From positions 147,169 to 211,168 of IMG/VR virus record IMGVR_UViG_3300023181_000025: a stretch of DNA of 64,000 nt. One strand, given 5' to 3'. The position numbers and the translations under genes are program-made. The notes under the pieces are model-generated. The model was not told the DNA's origin, ran no database searches, and worked only from the letters and a program-made list of their open reading frames with translations. Of this stretch, positions 54,679-63,367 are shown one piece after another (within the stretch, counting starts at the first letter, position 1; every line of letters starts with the position of its first letter).

Positions 54679-54803
54679 GTTGGTGAGCAGCACGGAAAGC
54701 AGACGTGCGGGACTAGAGAAATCCGCGAACGGCAGGACAGAGGCCCCTCTAGGGTAGCGACCGTTGAGCATAATCCGATTAGCGCCGGATCTCACTAACG
54801 CCA
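54679..54803 (+). ncRNA. tRNA-like RNA with 9-bp acceptor stem, extended variable arm and encoded G-CCA
   Basis: GTTGGTGAG/CTCACTAAC followed by G-CCA; GCACG/CGTGC; AACGG/CCGTT; ATCCG/CGGAT. Confidence 0.65.
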
Positions 54804-54866
54804 CTTTAAACGATGCTCCGAAATGTGGCAAAATTGATAATTCTTTTTCATTTAAAAACTTTTAAT

Positions 54867-55265
54867 ATGCAATTCTTTTCGGACCTATGGGAAATATTTA
54901 GCAATAAGCCGCCCATTGAAAATTCGTCTCGGCTTGAGGAAACAAAAAATTCAAATGAGTTATTTTTTTCTGTGGTGTCATTTAGCGGGGAATACTATGT
55001 CTTAATGGTAAGGTTAGGGAATAGGGCGTGGAAATACGTAAAAGAAACTCGTGGCGACCGTTATGACAGTTTAAGGATTCTTAGTCGTTATGATCAGCCT
55101 GTTTTGGGACGCTTTGAAGAGTTGAAAACTTTGGCGAAAAAATATAAACAAAATCCTAATCTTTATTACGAATTTATTGCTCAAGAGGATAAAAAATATA
55201 ACGATGCACGGGAAAGAATTTTAAATAAAGAAAAGGAATATCGCAGCAAAACCTTTGAAATCTGA
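54867..55265 (+). CDS. Hypothetical protein
   Basis: Tiling. Confidence 0.6.
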   Translation: MQFFSDLWEIFSNKPPIENSSRLEETKNSNELFFSVVSFSGEYYVLMVRLGNRAWKYVKETRGDRYDSLRILSRYDQPVLGRFEELKTLAKKYKQNPNLYYEFIAQEDKKYNDARERILNKEKEYRSKTFEI

Positions 55266-55471
55266 ATTGATTTATGAAAAAACGATTTAAAAATGGATGT
55301 TGCCGCGAATTTATCTATAGGGTAATAGAAACGAATCCAATTAAACCAATTCCAAATAATAACCCTATTTGCTACAAGCATTTAAGAAAAATTAAAGAAA
55401 ATAGATAATCTCAGAGGACGCGGAATGATTAAATGATTTGACATTGGCGGGAAATTAGCTAAAGTTTGGAC

Positions 55472-55729
55472 ATGAAAAAAAGGATTGTTGTCGCAAATGA
55501 ACATACGCTAGGGATTATTTCTGGCCCCGAAATTTTGCCGGAATTTAGCTATTTAGAAATTTTGCGCGCATCAGTCCTGAAAGGCTCACCTTTTGACTAT
55601 CTTAGCGGAAGGGTTTTAGTCGGCCCTAACTGCAATATCCGCTTGGCCACACTTGCGGATTTTGAAGCATTTCGGGTTTCTTCCAAAGGGTTTTTTGAAA
55701 ATGAAACAGAATATGAAATGATTCGATAA
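55472..55729 (+). CDS. Hypothetical phage protein
   Basis: NEHTLG.I...IL..SVLKG...RLAT..DF..FRV. Confidence 0.75.
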   Translation: MKKRIVVANEHTLGIISGPEILPEFSYLEILRASVLKGSPFDYLSGRVLVGPNCNIRLATLADFEAFRVSSKGFFENETEYEMIR

Positions 55730-55776
55730 AAATATTTAGTTATTGACAAATAGTTGGAATTATAAAAAATAGCCTC

Positions 55777-56097
55777 ATGGACACAGTAGTTACCAGACAA
55801 CAAATAATTGATTTCGTGAATGCTCAACCTGATGAGAGACCTGTCGATATGAGAGAATGTATAAATTCAGAGCCTTTTTGCGGATGTGTTATGATTCATT
55901 ACGGACGGGAGGTTTTAAAACTTTTTTCGTCGAAGGATTTTTTTGGCTGCGGGGTGGCGCAGTGGATAGTAGAGGATGGGCTGGCCCCTTATATTCATAT
56001 TGAAAATTACGAAAGTATCGGTGATATTCTCAATATTAGTTTTGACTTTGAGGGGAATTACGGACAAATTAAAGCAAGATTGTTGCAAAAAAACTAA
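55777..56097 (+). CDS. Paralog family B member
   Basis: TRQQIIDFVNAQPD; CGCVMIHYGRE. Confidence 0.85.
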   Translation: MDTVVTRQQIIDFVNAQPDERPVDMRECINSEPFCGCVMIHYGREVLKLFSSKDFFGCGVAQWIVEDGLAPYIHIENYESIGDILNISFDFEGNYGQIKARLLQKN

Positions 56098-56110
56098 AAA
56101 AATCATTTAT

Positions 56111-56470
56111 ATGGGATATACTCACTACTTTGAACAAACGGGCGGAACCATTCCGCAAGATAAATGGGACGAACTGCTGGAAGCCGTTGGGCCAATCTTG
56201 AGAGATCATGCGGAAATCATCTGCTGCAATTACGATGAGCCCGAAGGAAGCCCAATCGCTGATGAAAACGAAATCATTTTTAACGGCAAAGGCGAAGACG
56301 GACACGAAACATTTGTTTTGACTCGCGAAGCCAGCGGTGAATTTGAATTTTGTAAAACGGATCACAAGCCCTATGATAAAGTTGTGGTGGAGGTTTTGCA
56401 ACAAGTCAACAAAATTTGCCCTGAATATTATAATCTTGATAGTGACGGCGGATCTGACATTTTCCAATAG
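56111..56470 (+). CDS. Conserved hypothetical phage protein
   Basis: MGYTHY...FNG....HETF...FCKT..KPYD.VV. Confidence 0.8.
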   Translation: MGYTHYFEQTGGTIPQDKWDELLEAVGPILRDHAEIICCNYDEPEGSPIADENEIIFNGKGEDGHETFVLTREASGEFEFCKTDHKPYDKVVVEVLQQVNKICPEYYNLDSDGGSDIFQ

Positions 56471-56530
56471 GGACAAGGGGCGGCAAATTTAATTATTGAC
56501 ATATTAGTTCGGTTATTGAATAATAAGCGC

Positions 56531-56719
56531 ATGACAGCAATTAAAGCTCTTTGCAAACAAACTGGAACCATTCCAAAACAATGGGATGAAATTGATGGCC
56601 CGGATTCTGGCCATGGGGTGGATCATTATTTTATGCACGCTGTAACAGAGGAAGTCTGGTATGCGAATGAAGATCAGGGAGACTTTTCTGTTTACTTTTG
56701 TTCTGAAGATGAAGAATAA
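56531..56719 (+). CDS. Hypothetical protein
   Basis: Leaderless after TTGACA promoter. Confidence 0.6.
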   Translation: MTAIKALCKQTGTIPKQWDEIDGPDSGHGVDHYFMHAVTEEVWYANEDQGDFSVYFCSEDEE

Positions 56720-57450
56720 GGGGCGCGGGTCAAATGATTTATTTAAATAGATTAGAATGTTTAACTATTTGAAAAGGTTCATTTAATACAATTAACTACA
56801 CCGCATTACATATAACTACACTGCTATGCACTCATTCATTTGATCAAAGCCCGTGTAAGGCGTTCTGAGAGCAACCAGAGGGTAATAAAGAGGGTTGAAA
56901 GCAGTCGAAAAAAGCACAAAATAATAAGGAATTAGACGTGGTTTTGGACGGCTTGGAATGACTGGAAAGCCTTATGGAATAAGGCTTCTACCAAACATAA
57001 ACCATAATAGAGAATATAACTATATATAAGTCCCATAGAGAAACAATAAGAAAAATGCAGGAGTGTTGAAAATTTTGGGGGAATAAATAGGGGTTCGCAG
57101 AAATTTATCTAATTTTACTCGTAATTTTAAGTTAATAGTGGAAAAACTACTAGTTCAAGTTTTTTTGAACAAATATAACTCATTAATAATCAATAAAAAT
57201 ATCCCAAGCAAAACCCAAGGTATCCCAAGGTGAGATAAAATGTCACAGAGAAAAAACAAAACAAAAATTAGACCCATTTAAGGCATTTTAAATAATTAGG
57301 CTGTTTTATATTTCATTCATTTTCGATCAATTTCGGCAAATTATCGAATTTTTCGACAATTTTTGATACGAAAAAAGTGTTTTTCCCTATAGCTCCAAGA
57401 AATCACTTTTCTATATTCTATAAGGGTTCCAGCGTTTTCTGAATATTTAA
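56720..57450. other. 730-bp AT-rich non-coding region (possible origin or region boundary)
   Basis: Longest gene-free stretch; short repeats TAACTACAC x2, CCCAAG x3; hairpin AAGCCTTAT/ATAAGGCTT. Confidence 0.5.
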
Positions 57451-57485
57451 TTGACAAAAAAGGCACGATCGAACACACTAGCTCT

Positions 57486-57701
57486 ATGGATAGGTTTGAT
57501 ATTTCTGTTGCGATATTCATTGCGTGGGCGGTTATTCTGGTTTCGATACCCTTTATTTTGGGCGGACCTAACAAAACCCCATCAAACCCAATCCCCGCGC
57601 CTGCCCTCTATTGCGAAATTGACGGAATCAAGCTCTATAGGGTGAAGGATGAGAGAGGGGATTGGATTTATTTTAACGAAAAATCAACAAAAACTGATTA
57701 A
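57486..57701 (+). CDS. Small membrane-anchored protein (DUF4884-like)
   Basis: TM helix then L..EIDGIKLYR..D..G..IYF. Confidence 0.7.
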   Translation: MDRFDISVAIFIAWAVILVSIPFILGGPNKTPSNPIPAPALYCEIDGIKLYRVKDERGDWIYFNEKSTKTD

Positions 57702-57781
57702 AAAGTCTTTTTCCCTATAGTGCGGAAAAAATAAATGGCAAAAAGATTGACTGCCGCGCCCCTTTATCTAAACTTGCGGCC

Positions 57782-58225
57782 ATGAAAGGAATCCTACTGA
57801 GGTTTGAGAAAGACGTAAAGCATGCCACCGATGTAGTGGGGCTGGGCCTTTATTCCGCATATTTTAGCGATGAATTTAATTTATATCAGGGCGACCTCCA
57901 CATTCCGCCCGATGAAGATAAAAAACTAATTAAAAACAAAAAGAAAACTGGGATCGTGGAAACCTTTGGTAATTTCTATTTTGGATTTTCCGACTATAGG
58001 CAAATCAGGCGCTGGATGTATGATGACGGGATTTTTGATTCTCTCCAAGCTGAGGGGTTCTATCTTGGAATTTACTATGGGGATATCGTGAAAGGCAACA
58101 CGCAGGCGATGATTCAAAACAATAGTAATTTAAAACTAATCAAAAAGGTTCCCGCCCACGCTGTTGCAAGAAAAGTAAAGAAAATTCCTTATTTCGGAGC
58201 TATTGACCCTAGAAATTCTAATTAA
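57782..58225 (+). CDS. Hypothetical phage protein
   Basis: R.E...G.Y...H.PP..D...FGF....Q...W. Confidence 0.7.
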   Translation: MKGILLRFEKDVKHATDVVGLGLYSAYFSDEFNLYQGDLHIPPDEDKKLIKNKKKTGIVETFGNFYFGFSDYRQIRRWMYDDGIFDSLQAEGFYLGIYYGDIVKGNTQAMIQNNSNLKLIKKVPAHAVARKVKKIPYFGAIDPRNSN

Positions 58226-58244
58226 AAATCTCTACTATTCATAT

Positions 58245-58484
58245 ATGGATATTAACAATCTTAAGTCAGGCGATAAATTTAAATCAAAAGGAAATAAATA
58301 TAATCCGCCCGCGACCACCATCTACACGCTCCAGAAACTTCCCGATTTTGATTTGTGGGTTCTAGTTTCTGACTATGGGGTTTCCAAGCCGGGCATCCGA
58401 AGGTTTAACTACTGGTGCGCGCCGCAACCCTCCGCAATTCAGGCTTTCGGGCACGCGGAAAACGAATTTGAAAAGATTATTTGA
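58245..58484 (+). CDS. Hypothetical protein
   Basis: Promoter at 58203. Confidence 0.6.
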   Translation: MDINNLKSGDKFKSKGNKYNPPATTIYTLQKLPDFDLWVLVSDYGVSKPGIRRFNYWCAPQPSAIQAFGHAENEFEKII

Positions 58485-58532
58485 TAAAAAAAGAGTTGAC
58501 CCGCGCCGGGTTATTAACTAATGTCTTTTTAG

Positions 58533-58865
58533 ATGAAAACAACGCCAATCTTTTCTGATTCAATTTTTGGATACTATCTCAGCCAGCATAGCGAGGGCGG
58601 TCGGAAACAAATTGATTCTATTTTTTGCTATACTAAGGGTGACGGGGGATTCCTCCGCGCCATTTATTACAAAACAAAAAAACGCTCTACCCGGACAGAA
58701 TCGCGAAAACAAATTTATTTTGTTCCAAACGAATTAGCGGACCCGAAACTAATCAAAGCAGAATTTACCCGCGCCATGCAATTTTTTTCCGCAAAGGATG
58801 GTATGCTTTGGGGAGCCTATTACGAACTTACCAAGCTGGGAAAATTTGTGGAAATTAATGTTTGA
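58533..58865 (+). CDS. Hypothetical protein
   Basis: Own TTGACC promoter. Confidence 0.6.
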   Translation: MKTTPIFSDSIFGYYLSQHSEGGRKQIDSIFCYTKGDGGFLRAIYYKTKKRSTRTESRKQIYFVPNELADPKLIKAEFTRAMQFFSAKDGMLWGAYYELTKLGKFVEINV

Positions 58866-58895
58866 CATGGGATAAAGAATAGCTAATCTCCCCTT

Positions 58896-59081
58896 ATGAC
58901 TCTGGACGAAAAAGTTGCTGCCACAATCCGCTTCGCTTCTTCCCTTATTAGGGCGGGATGGAAAACAGATGCCGCAATTGTTAATTCTCAAAACCTCTAC
59001 CATCTTTCTAAAAAAAGAATGAGAGTAGTTTCCGCCGCCGTTGAAAATGCTGTATTGTCTGGCAAAGCTGTAGAAGAATAA
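58896..59081 (+). CDS. Hypothetical protein
   Basis: Own TTGACA promoter. Confidence 0.6.
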   Translation: MTLDEKVAATIRFASSLIRAGWKTDAAIVNSQNLYHLSKKRMRVVSAAVENAVLSGKAVEE

Positions 59082-59100
59082 AACAATATCCTTTTTACTT

Positions 59101-59358
59101 ATGAAAATAATTCTCCTACCTCCGGGCAATGGTAAAGGTTGGCGAGCGGAAATCCACAATGGACCAGAGGGAACCCGTGGAGAAATTCTAATTCGTTTTA
59201 GTAGGTTTAAAGATGCTCATCCGTTTTTGCAGTGTGATTCGCCGGACTATTATATGGTAGAATTTTGGACCGATAAAGAAGAGAGGGCTAATGCAGCCTT
59301 CGAAATCTTAAAAGAAATTGAAAATAACTATCTTGCATCTGTAGTTCTCGCCTCTTAA
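59101..59358 (+). CDS. Hypothetical protein
   Basis: FLQ......MVEFW. Confidence 0.65.
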   Translation: MKIILLPPGNGKGWRAEIHNGPEGTRGEILIRFSRFKDAHPFLQCDSPDYYMVEFWTDKEERANAAFEILKEIENNYLASVVLAS

Positions 59359-59411
59359 TAATGCGGAGTTTTAAGGGTGGACATTTTTTTGGGTTAATTT
59401 ATTTTTTGTAT

Positions 59412-59573
59412 ATGAAGTTAAGTCAATTGCTCGCGAGCTGTTTCTGGTCTGCATCTTATGACCTTACGGACATTGCTCGCTTTGTCAGGGTTGTTGGAAA
59501 GGCTCGCGATCATAGCGTGAAACGCCCTAACAGTGCCGTTGGCGCTGCCCTTTACAAATCAATGGGGCTATAA
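59412..59573 (+). CDS. Hypothetical protein
   Basis: Start reassigned from promoter geometry. Confidence 0.55.
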   Translation: MKLSQLLASCFWSASYDLTDIARFVRVVGKARDHSVKRPNSAVGAALYKSMGL

Positions 59574-59594
59574 ATCTTTTTTAATGAAAAGCAT

Positions 59595-59999
59595 ATGAAA
59601 ACACTAATTCGCACCACTTCTTTGGAGGATAATGAAACAGTTATTAAAATGCTGGTTTCTTTTGGATTTGAAAAGCCAATTAATCTAGGAAATTTTGAAA
59701 GTTATAACTATATCGTTGTTGGCTACGACAACTCTAATGTTTTGACAAGGGCTAATTCAAAATATACCAAATATGATATTTCATTCGATTGGCCCGCCGA
59801 TGCAACAAAAATCCTTGCACTTCGACCTGAAAAGAAAATCAAAATTTTTAATGTTGGAACGGATGGTTATGAGGCCACTGTTTCAAAGGCTAATCTCGTG
59901 GTGGGTTGTCAAACCATTAGTTGGGAAAAGTTCGCGGAAATCGAAGCGGCCCGGAAAGAAGTTTTTGAAGAAAATAAAACAGAATATCCCGGCCCTTAG
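59595..59999 (+). CDS. Paralog family D member
   Basis: WPADATKI...NVG...Y.A.V....VVGCQTISWEKF. Confidence 0.8.
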   Translation: MKTLIRTTSLEDNETVIKMLVSFGFEKPINLGNFESYNYIVVGYDNSNVLTRANSKYTKYDISFDWPADATKILALRPEKKIKIFNVGTDGYEATVSKANLVVGCQTISWEKFAEIEAARKEVFEENKTEYPGP

Positions 60000-60077
60000 A
60001 AACGAGACAACGGGTTGTCTTAAAATGCGGGATTGTTTTTTCTTGTCATTCGCAAATTATCTAATAATCTTGTCTTT

Positions 60078-60287
60078 ATGAGAAACAAATCGAAAAACAA
60101 ATTGATTCGCGTTAGGGTTTGCCCGGACGTAATGGCGACCGATTTCAAGGGGGAATGGCACACTGGCTGGCGGAAGCCCTTTTCACAAACAATTGCTTTT
60201 TATTATAAAAAAGCTTGGTATTCTCTTCACGAGCACAATATTGTGAAAATGAATTCAAAAGAAAAAGCCCTACAGGGTGTGAATTAA
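60078..60287 (+). CDS. Hypothetical protein
   Basis: Leaderless after TTGTCA promoter. Confidence 0.55.
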   Translation: MRNKSKNKLIRVRVCPDVMATDFKGEWHTGWRKPFSQTIAFYYKKAWYSLHEHNIVKMNSKEKALQGVN

Positions 60288-60333
60288 AAAAATAATCCTT
60301 GCAAAATAATCCCTATTAACTAAATTCATCCAT

Positions 60334-60603
60334 ATGGAAACACAAGTTACCTCAATCGAAATTTCCCCCGTTGTTCAAAAACGCGCATATGACAAGCGGT
60401 TTTATGTCGAATCAACTTTGAAGGCGAAAAATGGGCATTCTTGCACCTATCAAATTTCCAGCCAAAAGAAAAAGGACTTGCCCGCCGCCATCGAACGCGC
60501 TAAAACTTCAGTCGCGGGAGGCGGAATGTTTTTCACTGATACCGGGATGGTGATCTCAAAATGGGAAATGGGAAAAAAGGGCTTGCAACCCGCCGCAAAT
60601 TGA
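60334..60603 (+). CDS. Hypothetical protein
   Basis: Leaderless after TTGCAA promoter. Confidence 0.65.
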   Translation: METQVTSIEISPVVQKRAYDKRFYVESTLKAKNGHSCTYQISSQKKKDLPAAIERAKTSVAGGGMFFTDTGMVISKWEMGKKGLQPAAN

Positions 60604-60751
60604 TTGGCCCGCTGGAGCTTTCCAAGCATAACGATTATAACGCGGAGTTAATCGCCCGCCCCGCTCTAAAAGGCCGAAAGGGGGAAAGGCCAACAATTTT
60701 CTTGCAACTCTAAATAAATCACTTACCTTTCATTCATAACCAACTAACACC

Positions 60752-61024
60752 ATGGCCAGCAAACGTCTCCGCTCAACTCTTACCCGCCGTCAACGTGTCA
60801 CTCATATTCAAAATGAACGCGCATTGAAGGAATATTTTAACTTGCTTCGCGAGGCCCGCCTTTCCAATCCGGTGCCCGCTCGCAAGGTTTTTGAATCTGT
60901 GAAAGCAATGCAGCTTCATCCCGCCGAAAAAATCAAAGTCGCAAAGGACGGGAAACTGTTTTTCCAAGCGCGCGTAAAGGGGAAATTCCAGCCCCGGCAA
61001 ATTGTGGACCTTAGCGCCCATTAA
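60752..61024 (+). CDS. Basic hypothetical protein
   Basis: TTGCAA promoter; A/C-rich leader. Confidence 0.65.
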   Translation: MASKRLRSTLTRRQRVTHIQNERALKEYFNLLREARLSNPVPARKVFESVKAMQLHPAEKIKVAKDGKLFFQARVKGKFQPRQIVDLSAH

Positions 61025-61246
61025 AATATAAACAAATAAATTCCCGCGCCCCTAAAAGCATTTGAGTTTTCAATGGGGCCGGGCAACTTAATTATTATGT
61101 TTATTATCCATATGGAACTTATTTTTGCTTTTATTTTTATCCTTCTTTTTGTCAAATCTTATTGCTCAGCTCAAGACTGATCACCCCGAAAAACGCTTAG
61201 TTTTCTTTCTTGTCATTTAACTAAAACTAACCCATCTTTCGCTCGT

Positions 61247-61546
61247 ATGAAAAAACAAATCATCGCAATTGCAATCCTCGCTGAATTTCTCGCCACCTAC
61301 CCGGTGCAAGTCATTCCGGAAGGAACTCACGAACTCATCGTTATTTCCGACAAAGGGGAACTTCGGATTGATGCCCGCAAGGATACCGCCGCCGAGTCTC
61401 TGATTGATTTCCTTGCCTCTGATGGCTTTGACAAGGAAGTGCTGCAATCGGATCTGAAGGTGACAATCTCGGTTTCCGACTATGCGGATACGGTGCCCGA
61501 TGCTCCAGAAGATGAGCAAGAGACCGAGATTGATGAGGCGGTCTGA
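61247..61546 (+). CDS. Acidic hypothetical protein
   Basis: D/E-rich; GC-richer codons; own promoter. Confidence 0.7.
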   Translation: MKKQIIAIAILAEFLATYPVQVIPEGTHELIVISDKGELRIDARKDTAAESLIDFLASDGFDKEVLQSDLKVTISVSDYADTVPDAPEDEQETEIDEAV

Positions 61547-61731
61547 AATTCCCCTAGGAAATAAAAACAATACAAAAAATAAAAATGGCCCGCGCCCCAC
61601 CCTGAAAAGAAAAGGTGATTGGACAAGGTTTTATTTTGGGAATTAAAAATTGAATAGAAACTCTAACCTTTGGGAAGGGAATAAAAATGGTTAACTATCA
61701 TAAGAACTAATAAACATATCTAAAGTATATT

Positions 61732-61771
61732 TCCCGCGCTTCTTTAACTAGGGGCGCGGGATTTCTGTTTT
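61732..61771 (+). terminator. Rho-independent terminator
   Basis: TCCCGCGCTT/GGGCGCGGGA stem followed by TTTCTGTTTT. Confidence 0.7.
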
Positions 61772-61827
61772 AAAAATGCTTAGTTTTTTGTCTAGACGCA
61801 GGCACGTTATTAGCTAATAGTTCCCGC

Positions 61828-62196
61828 ATGGATCGCAAAACTATTGAATTGCTTTTTCGGATCGAATGCCGTCAACACAAGATTGAAGGTGTTAAGCTGG
61901 CTTGGCGCGATAAAAAGCAAAGCCCCCATGGATTGGCTTGCGCCAATGGGCCGGAAAGAACCATTTACTTTTACCCGCTCGCAACCCTATTAGGAGAAAA
62001 AACAATTGAAAAAATCATGCGCCATGAATTGGCCCATATTTTGGATCATGACGAGCGCGGCCAGTATGAAAATGAAAATGGCAGATTCAATGCGCATGGT
62101 AAAAATTGGCGCAAATATTGTAAACAGCTTGGATGCCCGCCTACGGCAAAACTTGTTCTAACGCAAGAGGAAAATAGAAGGCTCGCCGTCGCCTGA
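61828..62196 (+). CDS. SprT-like zinc metalloprotease (short)
   Basis: IMRHELAH...HGKNWR..C..LG. Confidence 0.85.
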   Translation: MDRKTIELLFRIECRQHKIEGVKLAWRDKKQSPHGLACANGPERTIYFYPLATLLGEKTIEKIMRHELAHILDHDERGQYENENGRFNAHGKNWRKYCKQLGCPPTAKLVLTQEENRRLAVA

Positions 62197-62250
62197 AAAA
62201 TGCGGAGTTTTTTCACTTGGATTAAATAAAACCTATTCTAGTTTCTAGTC

Positions 62251-62736
62251 ATGTCATTGCCAACCCCTGCTAGCGTTAAATTTATCCTTCGCGAAGAGCC
62301 ATTAGCTTATTGCCCGCGCGAGCTTAAGCTAGACACGCCGGAAAGGATAAATGATTTCCTTAAAACCGTTGTGGCCACAGATGGATCATTCGAGGCGGGT
62401 AAGGAAAATTTGATTTTGATTTGTTTGGATGCTCGTTTGAATTTCACGGGATATTCTATTCTATCGGTTGGAACATTGACAGAGACCGCCGCGCATCCTC
62501 GCGACATTTTCCGCGCCGCGATACTGGCAAATGCATGCTATTTCATTTTGGCTCACAATCACCCAAGCGGGGAAGTAAGCCCTAGCCGGGCAGATGAGCA
62601 AATGACTAGAAAGGTTGACGAGGCCGCTGCAATCATGGGCATTCGTTTTTTGGATCATGTCATTTTTTCTACTGGCTACCCTACGCCCGGAAAATTGCCA
62701 TATTATTCCTTCAGGGAAGGCGGATTCATTCGTTAA
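62251..62736 (+). CDS. RadC-like JAB/MPN domain protein
   Basis: E....I.LD...GTL......PR.IF...AHNHPSG...PS.AD...LDHVI. Confidence 0.92.
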   Translation: MSLPTPASVKFILREEPLAYCPRELKLDTPERINDFLKTVVATDGSFEAGKENLILICLDARLNFTGYSILSVGTLTETAAHPRDIFRAAILANACYFILAHNHPSGEVSPSRADEQMTRKVDEAAAIMGIRFLDHVIFSTGYPTPGKLPYYSFREGGFIR

Positions 62737-62802
62737 AAATGCGGAATTTATTTCGATTCTTTTCTTTCCTTTGTTTTAGATAAAAGCCATATTGGTCACG
62801 TA

Positions 62803-63021
62803 ATGAAAACGCAAGAGAACATGAAACACACGCCGGGGCCTTGGAATTACGGAATCGCATCCGAATGTATTATTACTCCCCAAGGTCATGAGATTGCTAG
62901 TTTAGCAGATTCAGACTCTACTGAAAAAGAAACCAATGCCCGCCTCATCGCAGCGGCTCCGGTTGCGCGGAAAAATCGCCATCGCCAAGCAATACGAAGA
63001 TATCTGCGATTGGCTCTATAG
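62803..63021 (+). CDS. HTPGPW/NARLIAAAP-type phage protein, likely chimeric 3' end
   Basis: KHTPGPW...NARLIAAAP, then abrupt GC rise. Confidence 0.7.
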   Translation: MKTQENMKHTPGPWNYGIASECIITPQGHEIASLADSDSTEKETNARLIAAAPVARKNRHRQAIRRYLRLAL

Positions 63022-63141
63022 GGAGCGCATCGCCCCCGTCATTGAGTGCTGGTAAAACCCCGCCTGATGAGATCCCCGGCACGGGATCGAAACGCCTCCG
63101 GGCGTCGCGGCATGCAAACCAACTGCCCACCTAATCCCCCT

Positions 63142-63357
63142 ATGAAACACGCGCAAGCAATCGTATTTCCCGCCCGTCGCCACAATCTTAACCGGCGCGT
63201 GCGCTCATCAAGCGTTGAAACCCTTAAGACTCTGGCACTCGTCACAATGGCTGTGCTAGCTCTTGCGGGGATCATCGTGGCAGATAACTACAATCCACCC
63301 GCGCCAGATATGAGCAAGGCCCCGGCATGCGTGAGAGAATTGCTTTTGATTAAATAA
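63142..63357 (+). CDS. Small membrane protein on GC-rich patch
   Basis: Basic N-terminus plus TM helix. Confidence 0.5.
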   Translation: MKHAQAIVFPARRHNLNRRVRSSSVETLKTLALVTMAVLALAGIIVADNYNPPAPDMSKAPACVRELLLIK

Positions 63358-63367
63358 TTATTCCGAT

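Noticed and set aside
54713-54719. CTA or AGA as anticodon of a suppressor or Ser tRNA
   Set aside because: No 5-bp stem with 7-nt loop can be formed around either triplet.
54598-54831. Short ORFs on both strands over the GC-rich gap
   Set aside because: Weak starts and no motifs; the extensive base pairing and CCA end explain the sequence better.
57782-58225. ADP-ribosyltransferase call
   Set aside because: Only a vague R...S pattern with no clear catalytic Glu; left as hypothetical.
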